64,000 nucleotides of DNA from Felis catus. Lineage: Eukaryota. Under the pieces are notes generated by a model, which worked only from the letters and a program-made list of their open reading frames with translations, had not been told where the DNA came from and did not search any database. Below are positions 1 through 11,717 of this stretch, piece after piece (the first letter of the stretch is position 1; every line of letters starts with the position of its first letter). The translations under genes were made by a program, and so were the position numbers. The stretch spans positions 234,114,001 to 234,178,000 of the forward strand of contig NC_058368.1 in NCBI RefSeq assembly GCF_018350175.1, given 5' to 3'.

Positions 1-604
1 GTCCTGTGGCCTGATGGCCCGCACGTTCCACAGATGGCTCTGAGTGGCTTGGGTTTCACAAGTGGCCTCACGAAGTAGGCATATGACAATGAAAAATGTC
101 CAATCTAGAGCATCTTCGAACAAACATTTATTTAGAACAAGGAGATAACGAGAGATTATTTTCATTTCTAGAACACCACAGATGCTGTTCATTAGGGTAT
201 GTCAATCAGAAACAATTCTTTCATGTATGTGAGCTCATTGTCAAGAATTCCCAGGGATTCATTTGAGCAAACTGGAAGGACTTCTTCATAACCCAGTCCT
301 AAAATCTAAGGAAGCCAGCAAGGGAGAAATACAGGGTTCGTGTAAGAACCCCACACAGACATTTCAGCTGGATGCTGGCTTAATAAACACAGCTTTTTTA
401 TCTACCTCCATTATGATCAACAGAATGTTTTTTAAATTGATTTTTGTTCAAGGTTTGCTGTTTGTAAAATGTGAATCAAGTCAAGTAAAAGAATCTCCAC
501 ATTATAAGAACCAAAACAGCGTGACATAACTTGGAATCTGGAATTCAGGCTCATAACCAGCACCCCCTACATAATCAATACAGCGAAACCTTTACAGAAG
601 TAGA

Positions 605-760
605 AGATCTGAGTTCAAATCCCAGCTCTAATATTTGCTAGTTCAATGAAGACCGTAGGTGAAACCCCTAACCTGTCTGTCTGAGCTATGGCTTTCTCAT
701 CTAATACATGTGGTATTGTGCTATATGTGAAAAATGTCATAAGAATGAAAATTCTAGTTA
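605..760 (+). mobile_element. MIR SINE fragment (ancient)
   Basis: Degenerate MIR core: 'gagttcaaatcccagctct...ctgagctatggctttctcatct'. Confidence 0.55.
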
Positions 761-1292
761 TTAAAGAGTCCATAAAAATGACCTGTGCACCCTAGCAATG
801 TCTATCTATGAATATTAATCAAGGTTTAGTCGTCCAAACAAAAGTCTATCGGAGGCACTTGTTTAATTTAACACATTATATTTAGCACAATACAGTTCCT
901 ATCTTCTCCAAAAGACATTCGTCAATATTTGCATTCTGTCTCTCTGCTTATTGAAGTTTCACAGAAAACTGCTATTGGTGTTTCGTAGAAAATTAGCAAA
1001 AAGTCTCTTTCCAAAGCTATTTAAATAAATAGCACATATCACTCTCAAACACACACACACATGCACATATACTCATTCATATTCACAATGTACTTCATTA
1101 CAAGATGTTATTTATGTTACCAACTTTGCCTGCTGGTAGCAAGTTCAGGAGTTTGTTGAACTAAAAACCCTATTTCTCGTTTCCCCTGTTGGTATTCCTT
1201 GAAGACTGTGCTCACTGCCAAAGTTTGGAAAATGATCATGGCTGCAAAGCTATATTTGTCATTTCGTTCAATACCCTTTACAATATTCTGGG

Positions 1293-1450
1293 TTTTTTTT
1301 TTAAGTTTATTTATTTATTTGAGGGGTGGGGGGAGAGAAAGAGAGAGTATGAGCAGGGGAGGGGCAGAGAGAAGTGGGTAGAATCCCAAGTAGGCTCCAC
1401 ACTCAACACGGAGCCTGACATGGGGCCTGATCTCACAATCGTGCACCCCT
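1293..1450 (-). mobile_element. CanSINE (SINEC) with internal deletion of most of the tRNA-derived head
   Basis: T-rich tail, (GA)n and 'gagcctgacatggggcctgatctcacaatcgtg' run straight into 'cacccct'. Diverged TSD: ccctttacaatattctg / cccctacaatatttctg. Confidence 0.85.
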
Positions 1451-1799
1451 AGACCCCTACAATATTTCTGACAAGGCGTCATGAAAGGCCCCACACATGG
1501 TCAGTGACAGTATGGAACAAAGACATAGCTAAAGCAATGTTAGGAGAAGAGCAGTACCTGAATTCAGATTCGGGGATGACAGAGTTGGGGTACTCTTGAA
1601 CTTAGACTCCTGAAGTAACAGTCCTTGGAAGTCACTTTCAAAAAAGAAAGTCCTGGAGCCTTTACTGTGAGCTTATTTAGGCAAAAACAAATCTCTATAT
1701 CTCTGTGTACATCCAAAACCTCCAACACAATGCCCAAAAGCACGTGTCAAAATTCTGTGATGACCAAGATCACATAGGACAAAACTTCATTAACCCTGA

Positions 1800-1950
1800 T
1801 GTAGATTCAAATCCTTAGGAGGAAAAGGGGTCTTGTTAAAATGCATGTTCTTATACAGTAGTTCTGGGATGGGGCCCATGAATCTCCATTTCTAACGAAC
1901 TCCTAGGTGAGATCCATGCTTCTGATTCAGGGACCATAGTTAGAGTAGCC
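1800..1950. mobile_element. MER5A-like hAT-Charlie MITE relic
   Basis: 'cttgttaaaatgca...ctgggatggggcccatgaatctccatttctaacgaactcctaggtga...gggaccatagtt' matches the MER5A pattern. Confidence 0.7.
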
Positions 1951-2059
1951 AAAGTTTGGGGACTGTAGATCCATCAAGTGTCCCAGGTATTTCTTATTAC
2001 AAAGGAAAAACAAGCAAGATTGGATACTGGTTTCACACATAGTTATTGATTTTTTAATG

Positions 2060-2195
2060 ATGAATGGATGAATAAACAGATAGATGGTGGGTGGATGAAT
2101 GAATGGCAGTTGATAGGCTGGCTGGATAGATGGTGGATGGATGGATGGATGGATGGATGGATGGATGGATGGATGGATAGATCAAGTGAATGAAT
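2060..2195. repeat. (TGGA)n microsatellite with degenerate flanks
   Basis: Perfect ggat repeats at ~2135-2178. Confidence 0.95.
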
Positions 2196-2879
2196 AAACT
2201 AATAGATAAAATATGATAAATTTCTGAACTTCAGGTCCTTCTCTATAAGATGGGCCAACACCTGACCTGCACATGCTGGTGACCTTGGAAGAGAAGGAAA
2301 ATAAGAGCTGCTGCATAAGCCCACACATGATTTAGCCTGAGTGCTAACCTGCCTCTCCACATTCTGCCTCCCTCGCCTCTCCATGTCAGGTTCCCCAGTG
2401 CTTGTTCTAGGTGATTGTGCTATGTCCCTGCTTTGAGCTAAATGTCATAGACACTCCAGATGAGGATGAATTTAAAGACCAGAACAAAGGTATCTATCAG
2501 CTGAGCATTCCTAAAATTGTTTTTTTTTTTCCACTTTTAGAACACAGGTCACTGCAAGAAATAAAATACAGAAAGATATGAAAATTAATCTATGAACAAA
2601 ATATTTAGGTCTTAATTTATAGCAAGGATTGAAGCCACACCCTGGCCTCCCCCAAAACAGCGGAAAGTTCAGCATGGCAGTCTACCCAGCTTGCCTGGCC
2701 AACCATACAGGGTGTCTGCACCCACAGAAAGGAGCCAGTAGCCTAGCAGAGTTGGAAAAGATGTCAGAATGTAGACTTTTTTCGGCATTTTACCAGCTCT
2801 ATGGCCCGGGCAAGTCACATCTCCATACAAGGACTCAGCATCCTGAGAGCAGAAAAGAAAGACAAGTGTGGAGGAGGTC

Positions 2880-3240
2880 ATTGAGAGGACCGCTGGTCTC
2901 GGGTGACTGGAAGTTCCTCACCCCCTCCTCTGACTTTGGAATGTGCATCCTGCCCACTACTCCCATACCAGCAGCCATTGCAAGGACGTAGCCCTGAGAA
3001 GCAATGTGCCGTTGGCACCATGTGGCCTGAGCATGTGACTGAACTCAGTTAAGGTCTATATAAACTCTCAAGATCCTGACGAGTGAGTGTGGCGATCTAC
3101 TTGCCTTGTGGTTCAAGATAAGCCTCTGTGAAAGTTCCCTTGCTTATGAAACTTGCCACCTACCAATTGGAATGGTCCCCCTCTTTCCTCAGTCTCTCCT
3201 TGCAAACCACGTATAGGAGCTGGTTTGTGGATCAACGGCA
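2880..3240 (+). mobile_element. Possible ERV LTR fragment (family unassigned)
   Basis: TATA-like 'tatataaac' at 3057 followed by R/U5-like sequence. No clear TG..CA ends or TSD. Confidence 0.35.
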
Positions 3241-3278
3241 AGATGGTAAGAGATGAAGGAGGGAGAGACGGGGTAGGT

Positions 3279-3490
3279 TTGGGCTTTGAAGTCAGGCAGC
3301 ATGGCATTCCACTCCCAACTCTGCCACTGACTTCCTTTATGTCCTTAGTTTCTGAACTTAAGCCAAGCTTCAGTATCCTCTGGTGTAAAAAGGTAACGAC
3401 GATAATGATGGATACGTGGTAGGCTTGTGGACAGCTGTATCATGTTTAAGAGTTTTTCATATGGTAAGTAATTCAATAACCGCTGGCTAT
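3279..3490 (+). mobile_element. MIR fragment
   Basis: 'gggctttgaagtcaggcag...ccaactctgccactgact...cttcagtatcctctggtgtaaaa'. Confidence 0.6.
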
Positions 3491-4018
3491 AAAGAAAGAA
3501 AGCTATAGAATCACAAAATTTCATAAGGAAAATGCTTTGAAAGGTAAAATCTTGCTCTTGGGATTCCCCTTCTTCAGAGTGGATGGTAAAGAGACTAGTG
3601 GAAACTTCACTTTCCCCCAGTCAATATACATTTTGCTAAGATGATAGGAATGAAAAGTGTTGCTCATAGAATTAGGGTTGGTGTTTTTAGGAACAATCAG
3701 TATGATATCCACACTTTCAGCCTTTAACCTTTTGGGCCATTTCTATAATGGTTGTATTCATATTAACAGACTATGATTTGCATTTCTATATTAGACCTTA
3801 TAGCACATTCCAATAGTATCCACACTGCCAATTTGAAAAATTTATAATCTAAAGGCATATTTACTATTTTTCCAAACTGATAATTAAGCAATTCTAATGA
3901 TCCAATACAAACATTAAATTATTGAAATACTGATATAAGAAGCTTTCTCATTACAGGCTTTGACCAAAAAATTATTTGACACATAGACTTAATATTTATT
4001 TAAAACCAACTGGTTTTA

Positions 4019-4128
4019 GGGGCACCTGGGTGGCTCGGTCAGTTGAGCATCAGTCTTGGGCTCAAGTCATGATCTCATGGTTTGAGGGGTCGAGCCCCGT
4101 GTCAGGCTCTCTGCTGTCAGCACAGCCC
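4019..4128 (+). mobile_element. CanSINE 5' half only (3' end lost)
   Basis: ggggcacctgggtggctcggtcagttgagc head. Similarity ends after 'gtcagcacagccc'. No (CT)n or A-tail. Confidence 0.85.
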
Positions 4129-4863
4129 CAAATGCCCACGGTCCCTTCCCCTTACTCTGCCTTCTCTATCACTACCTTTTCCTCCCCGGTGAGGCCCCAG
4201 AGGGAAGTGAGCTTCCCGTGGCCACCATGCCAGGTCAGGTTTCGATTCCCAGCCCAGTGCACCTCCATTGTTCCATTCCATCTGGAATCCGGTGAGCAAA
4301 ATAAGATGCAATGAGCTGACTGAACTCTGATGGCATCGGCGGAAGCATTCATGACATCGCTTTACTGCAGTTCTGCCACAGCAGAATTCTGAATCCTGTC
4401 TAATTTTATATTTTAATATTTGGCAGTACTTTGAGTTATGAATGGCTTTGAGTCATTCACTTGTATATAACAAATATTAAAAATGAATTTTTATGTGTCG
4501 CTTCCTATGTTTTTGGAATAAATACCTGTCAGCAACTTGATTCTACAGAGGTTATTGTGGGGTAACAGACATACATGGCAATTATCCCAACACCACTGCT
4601 TGCCACCAGACATTGATGGCAGACTGATGCCATATTTGCAGAGAAGCAAATATCTGTGGTTAAATGTTGTTGTATTTTTTACCCACCATCTGTCAATTGA
4701 ATACTCTAAGATAGCCAACTAGAGACCTGCTTTCAACCCATTCTCCTAGGCATTGATTATATTTCAGCCATTCTAGAGTTGAAATATCCAATCTCAAAGT
4801 GAAGAGAGAGAGAAACATCTGGTTGTGTTTATTGGGGGGGAACATATAAGAATATATCCTTCA

Positions 4864-5079
4864 GGGGCGCCTGGGTAGCTCAGTCGGTTGAGCGTCCAAC
4901 TTTGGCTCAGGTCATGATCTCATGGCTCATGAGTTCAAGCCCCATGTCGGGCTCTGTGCTGACAGCTCAGAGCCGGGAGCCTGCTTTGGGTTCTGTGTCC
5001 CCCTCTCTCTCTGTCCCTCCCCCACTCATATGCTCTGTCTCTCTCTCAAAAATAAATAAACATACAAAAAAAATTAAAA
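4864..5079 (+). mobile_element. Full-length CanSINE (SINEC_Fc type)
   Basis: tRNA head, (CT)n, AATAAA tail. Perfect 16-bp TSD aagaatatatccttca (4848-4863 and 5080-5095). Confidence 0.97.
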
Positions 5080-5277
5080 AAGAATATATCCTTCATAAAA
5101 ATAAATTATTGCTGTAAATAATCACATTTGCAAAGATATACGTATGTATAGACTCTTTAAGCAAAGGGTCAAAAGTGATCATGGTGTACCAACCACCCCA
5201 TTAAGTTCAAAACCTATAGTCTATCTGCTTGAATAGTTAGCTTTTGAGAAATATATAAGGAGATGCTTAAATAATAT

Positions 5278-5648
5278 TATCTTCATTGGTTTAGACTGCT
5301 ATAACAAAAATAGTATAACCTGGGTGGATTACAAACAAATATTTATTTCTCTGGAAATAAATATTAGGCTGGGAAGTCTAAGACCCTGGTAGATTTGATG
5401 TCTAGTGAGAGCCCACTTCATGGTTCATAGACAGTGTCATTTCACTGTGCCTTCACATGGGGGAAGGGAATAGGGGGCTTTCTAGAGCCTCTTTGACAAA
5501 GACCCTCATCCCATTCATGGAGGCGCTCTGCCTTTATGACTTAATCACCTTCTAAGGCCCCACCTCCCAAAACTATCACCTTGGAGGTTAGGATTTCAAC
5601 ATATAAATTTAGGGGGTATGGGGAACATAAACATTCAGTCTATTGTGA
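5278..5648 (-). mobile_element. MLT1A-like MaLR solo LTR
   Basis: 'ctgctataacaaaa...ggctgggaagtc...taatcacc..aaggccccacctcc...ttaggatttcaacatataaattt...aaacattcagtctat' is the reverse complement of the MLT1A layout. Confidence 0.85.
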
Positions 5649-5779
5649 ATACTTTTGGCTAAAAATGAGTGATCGAAGGACCTTTATACCATACAAAAGA
5701 AGATGACCTCTTTTATACTAAGGCTAAATTCAGTCCTACTACAAAAAATATGATATATTGAGTCAGTAATTAGCATGAT

Positions 5780-5987
5780 GGGGTGCTGGGTGGCTTATTT
5801 CATTAAGCATCCAACTCTTGATTTTGGCTCAGGTCATGATCTGACAGTTCATAAGATTGAGCCCCATGTTGGGCTCCGTGTTGGGTGTGGAGCCTGCTTG
5901 AGATTCTCTCTCTCCCTTTCTCTCTGTCCCTCCCTCACTCATGTTCTCCCTCTCTCTCAAAATAAATAAATAAACTTAAAAAAAATA
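5780..5987 (+). mobile_element. Older CanSINE
   Basis: Head, (CT)n and tail present. Diverged TSD: taattagcatgat / taatcagcattat. Confidence 0.9.
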
Positions 5988-6011
5988 ATCAGCATTATGG
6001 CACTGATTTGA

Positions 6012-6190
6012 TTTTATTTTTAAATCACTTTATTGAGGTATGATTAGAATTAAAAAGCTGTACATATTTAGTGTATACAATTTGTTGAGTTTGGAGATAA
6101 ATATACCATCACCACAATCAATGCCATCAACATATCCACCTCCAAAAGTTAACTCTTGATTTATTGATTGATTGATAAGAACATTTAACC
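6012..6190 (-). mobile_element. L1M 3' end fragment
   Basis: 'tttattgaggtatga...ctgtacatattta.tgtatacaatttg.tgagtttgg' is typical of an L1MA/MB 3' terminus. Confidence 0.7.
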
Positions 6191-6297
6191 CAAAATATGA
6201 AAAGGTGCTCAACGTACCTAATTATCAAGGAAAGGCAGATTAAAACCACAGTAAGATATCACCTCATATCTGTTAGGACAGCCATTACTAAAAAAGA

Positions 6298-6620
6298 AGA
6301 CCATGGGGGAGGGGAAGGGGGGAAAATTGTTTCAAACAGAGAGGGAGGCAAACCATAAGAGCCTTTCAAATACAGAGAACAAACTGAGGGCTGATGGGTG
6401 GCGGGGGGGGGGGTACGGGGGAGAGGGGAAAATGGGTGATGGGTATTAAGGAGGGCACTTGTTGAGATGAGCACTGGGTGTTGTATGTAAATGATTAATC
6501 TTGGGAATCTACTCCCAAATCCAAGAGCACACCTGTATACACTGTATGTTAGCTAACTTGACAATAAACTATATATATATTTTTTAATTTAAAAACAAAA
6601 GAAAAAAGAAAAAAAGAAAA
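6298..6620 (+). mobile_element. Carnivore/felid L1 3'UTR (5'-truncated insertion)
   Basis: 'gagagggaggcaaaccataaga...gagaacaaactgaggg...gagcactgggtgttgtatg...aataaa' followed by an A-rich tail. Confidence 0.85.
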
Positions 6621-6731
6621 GGGTGCCTGGCTGGGTCGGTGTAGGAGCATGTGTCTCTTGATCTTGGGTTGTGGGTTTGAGCCCCACATTGGGAGTAGAG
6701 ATTGCTTGAAAATAAAGTCTTAAAAAAAAAA
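6621..6731 (+). mobile_element. Short (CT)n-less tRNA-derived carnivore SINE (SINEC_old-like)
   Basis: 'gggtgcctggctgg...ctcttgatcttgggttgtgggtttgagccccacattggg..tagagattgctt.aaaataaa.tctt' followed by an A-tail. Confidence 0.8.
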
Positions 6732-7519
6732 GCGGTGGCAAGAATGTGGAGAAAAGGGAAACTTCATGCACTGTTGGTAAGTTTGTAAATTGGTGTAAGC
6801 ACTGTGGAAAACAGTATAGAGCATCGTCAGAAAAATCAAATATAGAACAACTATAACTAGGTATATATCCTTAGGAATTGACATCAGAATCTTGAAGAGA
6901 TGTTGGCTCTCAGTATTCATTGCAGCATTATTCACAATAGCAAAGCCATGGAAACAACCTAATTGTCCCTGGATGGATGAATGGACAAAATATACACATA
7001 ATGGAATATTATTCAGCCTTATAATAAAAAGGAAATCCTGTCATTTGTGACAACATGGATAAACCTAGAGGCCATCATGCTAAGTGAAGTAAGCCAGACT
7101 CCAAAAGACAAATACTGCATGATCTCACTATATGAGGAATCTAGAATGTCAAACTCACAGAAGTAGACAGCAGACTGGTGGATGCCAGGTGCTGGGGTGG
7201 GGGGGGGAGGGCGGGAATGGTGGGTATGGGTCAAAGGGCACATAGTTTTTTTTCTGCAAAATGAGTAAGTCATAGAGACGCACTGAACAGCATAGCGCCT
7301 TCAATTAATAGTGCTGGATTGTACAAATAAAAACTTGCTGAGAAGGTTAATACTCCTTGTAGGTAACGGTTATAAGAATTATACAAATAAAAGTCTATTT
7401 CAATCTTTTTACATCGGTAAGGATTTGGATCCATACTCTCAAAAGAAAACTCCCTTTAAAATTTCTGACCTACTTTCATGATAAACTGCTGTTGTGACAC
7501 TTAGTAAAATTAAATTCCA

Positions 7520-7850
7520 TGACAACAAAAATAGTAAGATATAGGAACTAGCTTAATAAGATGTGTTATGAACAAGATATGTTACCTTTATGAAGAAAGT
7601 GAGAAAATAGGAAATCTGTTGATAGAAATACGGACTACAGTTACTTGTAAATTTCTCAAAATTAAATGAAAATACCAATAATATATTTTCATCATCTCAT
7701 GAAATGGACTCAAAATGTTTTTGGAAAAATAAACAGAGGTATACAATCAAGAAGGTACCGTAAGATTAATGAAGGAAACTTTCCCTACTAAATATTAATA
7801 TTGGATATAAAGCTGAAACAAAGCAGACAGAACTAGTAAAATATTAAGAC
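7520..7850 (+). mobile_element. Highly diverged L1M ORF2 fragment
   Basis: A-rich, with remnants resembling L1 ORF2 C-terminal coding sequence. Confidence 0.4.
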
Positions 7851-8127
7851 AAATTTTTTAGGAATAACTGATTTCTGGGTAATGTGGATTTTCACTTTTA
7901 CACTTTCTGTGATTTCTATGGTGACCATGAAGTCCTTCCACAATTAGACACAACACCGAACATTTTGGAGAAGCAATGAGTATGGCGAGCTTCACTCCCT
8001 GCCCTCATATGTACCTGTGTCATGGGGGTAGGTGCGTGATGTCATTCACTTCCACAGCACATGACTTTTCTTTTTCGCTACTGGTTTCATTTCATCACTT
8101 TATATATATATATATAAAAAAAAAATC

Positions 8128-8560
8128 TTCCCTTGACCCTTACACCCCCTCCAGCCTCCCGTCTCCTTCCCAGCGCATTTCCTCTGGAAAGAGGTTTATT
8201 GGCATCGCCTCCAAGCGTGTATGCCTCCTTCCCACCCACCCAGGAGTCTTCCTTGGCCACCACTTGGTTACATGGCAGTTATACCGCATGTGGAAAAGTC
8301 ACTACTGAGCCCATGTTGCAAATCCAACGGTCACATCTCTGTCTTTGTTTCACTGGACCTGTCAGAGGTGTTTGTCACACGTGGCCAGTTCACCCTTCTT
8401 GAAGCATTCTCTTTCCTCGCTTCTGTGACTTATATAAGCTCTATTTTATCATTCACGGTACCATTTAACTCATTCTGTAATAATCGTCTCATTTCTCAGT
8501 GTGTTCCCCCTGTTGCTGTGAGCTTGAGAGCAGAATTACTGACTCATCTGCTTTACTTTT
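8128..8560 (+). mobile_element. L2 LINE fragment with RT remnant
   Basis: Translation KSNGHISVFVSLDLSEVFVTRGQFTLLEAFS resembles the L2 RT segment 'KSNG.FS.L.LLDLSAAFDTVDH.LLLE.LS'. Confidence 0.75.
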
Positions 8561-8799
8561 AAATGTGAAAATATTATAAATAATCAGTATTTCTGAAAAG
8601 TCTGTCCCGGATTTATGGTGGCATTAGAGGACACGGGAAGGTTATGCAACATGACGCTGGTCACCATGGTCCACATGGTAAGGGGGAGACAGCATTCACG
8701 TGAGTGAAATGTCTGGCAAATACCATACCATGGTTGTGTAATGGAGGTTTAAGCTGAATGGTGTGTTGGGATTCTCCAGAGAAAACAGAGTCTATAAGA

Positions 8800-9520
8800 G
8801 GCATTTCTTCCTTGTCTTATGACAAGGTTATGTCCCAAATAACACGTTATAATTTGAAAATATCATAAATTGAAAATGTACCTAACCTACCGAATATCAA
8901 AGCCTAGCCCAGCTTGCTTTAAACCTGCTCAAGACATGGGGCGCCTGGGTGGTGCAGTCGGTTAAGCGTCCGACTTCAGTCAGGTCACGATCTCGCGGTC
9001 CGTGAGGTCGAGCCCCGCGTCGGGCTCTGGGCTGATGGCTCAGAGCCTGGAGCCTGTTTCCGATTCTGTGTCTCCCTCTCTCTCTGCCCCTCCCCCGTTC
9101 ATGCTCTGTCTCTCTCTGTCCCAAAAATAAATAAACGTTGAAAAAAAAATTTTTTTAAAATAAACCTGCTCAAGACACTTACATTAACCTACAATTAATT
9201 GGGCAGCATCATTTAATACAAAATGTATTTTATACGAAGTGTTGATTATCTCATGTAATTTATCCAATACTATGCTGCAAGTGAAACACAGATGGCTGTG
9301 TGGGTACAAAAGGATTGCCAGTGTGTCAGCCGTTGACTCTCACGATCACGTGACTGGCTGGGAGGTGGGGCTCCCTACAACTGCCCACCTCGTACCACAA
9401 ATCACTGGCTCAGGAAGAGATCAAATTCAAAGCATGTTCTCTACCGAATGCGTATCACCTTTGCACTATCGTGAAGTTGAAAAAGCGTAATTCAAATCAT
9501 CATAAGATGGGGACTGTATG
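8800..9520. mobile_element. MER47/Tigger5-like TcMar-Tigger element nested in MLT2
   Basis: 'cctaacctaccgaatatc..agcctagcc...cttacatta.cctaca...gaatgcgtatcacctttgcac.atcgtgaagttgaaaaa...cataagatggggac'. Confidence 0.75.
8938..9160 (+). mobile_element. Young felid SINE (SINEC_Fc)
   Basis: CpG-rich, diagnostic 'caggtcacgatctcgcggtccgtgag'. Perfect 17-bp TSD taaacctgctcaagaca (8920-8936 and 9161-9177). Confidence 0.97.
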
Positions 9521-10773
9521 CACACACACACACACACTCATATACTATATGCAGAGATCTATACATACGTACATATACCACACACACACACATATGTGTA
9601 TGTGTATAGAAAATAAATTTATTATAGGAATTGGCTGACACAGTTACGGCAGCCAAAAAGTCCCTTCATCTGCCATCTGCAGGCTGGAGAGCCAGGAAAG
9701 CCAGTGAAGTTACCAATCTCACTTCAAAGGCCTGAGACCCAGGAAAGCCTATGGTGTATCCGCCAGTCTGAAGCCAAAGACCTAAGAACAGGACAGCCAC
9801 TGGTGTCCAAAGGCCGAAGAAGCAGAAGCTCTGATGTCTGAGGGCAGGGGAAGACGGACGTCCCGACGACTCTGGCAGAGAGAGAAAGGATGTGCCCTTC
9901 CTCTGCCATTTTGTTCTATTTGGGCCCTCAGAGGATTGGATGATGCCCGCCCACATGGGTGAGAGCAGATTGTCTTTACTCACTGTGCTAAATGCTGATC
10001 TCTGCCAGAAACACCCTCTCAGACACACCCAGAAATAATGTTTCACCAGCTTTCCTGGATTCCTTTAACCACCCAGGGTTGACATAAAATTAACCATCAC
10101 AGGTGGCAAAGAATATAAATTATCCATCTTATTTTTGAAATGAGATTTTTCAAGTCATTTTAATGTGGTTGGAAGGGGCCATACATCTCGCTTAGTGTTG
10201 CTTGATTTTATCTGCTCACTCTAAGAACCTTGAGGACAACAGGTAGAATTCAGGGCACTTTTTACCAACAGCATTCCTTTGGTCTCTGGTCTCTGGTCAT
10301 AAGATGTTTTTAGTCATACAGTCATTTTCTTACTATTTAGTTCTTTTTAGATGCTATACAAACTACCCTTTACTATGCCAATAACTTTGCAGAAGTTGCA
10401 ATTAAATACACGATTTCAGTTTATATTAGTTGACGTTCAGTGTTCTGGATGAGATTGGGGATACATCTTAAATCTCTCAAGAGAGGGGAAGAGCACTCTA
10501 CTTTCAGCAGGACAGGCAAACTCCAACAAAGAGTTTGGGATAGTTTGCACATACAAACATAGACACACATTTGAGAATCTCTTCTTCTGACTCTTAACTT
10601 CTAGTGAGTGATGAGCAAAGAAAAGGGGAACATCCATAATCTCAAACCTCTGCAAGTTGACTGACATTAGAAACAACCACCCAATAAGGGGCAGTAAGGA
10701 ATCTACTCCTGAAATCATTGTTGCACTAGATGCTGACTAACTTGGATGTAAATTAAAAAATAATAATAAATTT

Positions 10774-11030
10774 GGGGCACCTGGGTGGCTCAGTCGGTGA
10801 AGCATCTGACTTTGGCTCAGGTCACAATCTCACGGTTCGTGGGTTTGAGCCCCGCATAGGGCTCTGTGCTAACAGATCGGAGCCCGGAGCCTATTTCAGA
10901 TTCCGTGTCTCCCTCTCTCTCTGCCCCTCCCCTGCTCATGCTCTGTCTCTCATGCTCTGTCTCTCTCTGTCTCAGAAATAAAAACATTAATAATAATAAT
11001 AAATTAAATTTTAAAAATTATTTAAAAAAA
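10774..11030 (+). mobile_element. CanSINE (SINEC_Fc type)
   Basis: Head, (CT)n with duplicated catgctctgtctct, long AT-rich tail. Confidence 0.95.
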
Positions 11031-11533
11031 GAAACAACCACCCAACATTTGCTTAGGGAGTAAGAATCCACATAATGTCCAAATAGCCCATCCAAAATCT
11101 AGACATATGGTTGTTTGGTATCAGTAAAGACAAATTTTATCAGCACTTAATGGGAATAGCAATATCTGGGCTAATGAGAAAGGAATAAAACTCAAATAAA
11201 AATTTGATATCCCTTCTTCTCTCAACTACATCATGAACTGACGACGGTTGAGACTGTTGTAATTGAGTTTCAGACCACTTTTCAGTGTTGTGGTTGTATG
11301 ATTCACAGACAAGATAACTGGAAAGAGTCACTTGCTTTGTCATCTTATAGGAATAGTTCTCAAAAGCAGCACTAGGAAGCCTCCTCAAGAGAGCAAAGAC
11401 TGCAGACCCCAGGAAAACTATGTATGGCAAGGCCCGTCTTGGCCACTTCACCTCATACCCATTGGGCAATTCAAGCCTCACTGAAGATCAGCAGATAGGT
11501 AATCATAGCATTGGTTTTAAAAAAAAATCCACT

Positions 11534-11717
11534 GGGTACCTGGTCATTCAGTCGGTTGAGTGTCCAACTCTTGATTTTGGCTCAGGTCATGATCCCAGGG
11601 TTGTGGGATTGAGCCTTGAATTAGGCTCCATGCTGAGTGTGGAGCCTGCTTCAGATTCTGTCTCTTCTCTCTCTGCCCTTCTCCCCTCCTCTCTCTCTCT
11701 CTCAAATAAAAAAAAAG
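11534..11717 (+). mobile_element. Older CanSINE
   Basis: 'cagtcggttgagtgtccaactcttgattttggctcaggtcatgatc'. Probable TSD aaaaaatcca / aaaaagtcca. Confidence 0.9.

Larger units (their letters stand above)
6193..7390 (+). mobile_element. Old L1M ORF2-end/3'UTR fragment, interrupted by two younger insertions
   Basis: 'attaaaaccacagtaagatatcacctca' ... resumes at 6732 'gcaagaatgtggagaaaaggga...ggaatattattcagcc...aacatggataaacctagag'. Confidence 0.85.
8762..10101 (-). mobile_element. MLT2 (ERVL) solo LTR, split by a DNA transposon
   Basis: Right end 'ttgacataaaattaaccatcaca' is the MLT2 5' terminus on the minus strand. Left end 'gggattctccagagaaaacaga' is the MLT2 3' terminus. Body at 9610-10101. 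Confidence 0.85.

Noticed and set aside
4864..4945. tRNA genes at SINE heads (here and in the other copies)
   Set aside because: The A/B-box-like sequence continues into the SINE body, (CT)n and A-tail with TSDs, so these are tRNA-derived SINEs and not tRNA genes.
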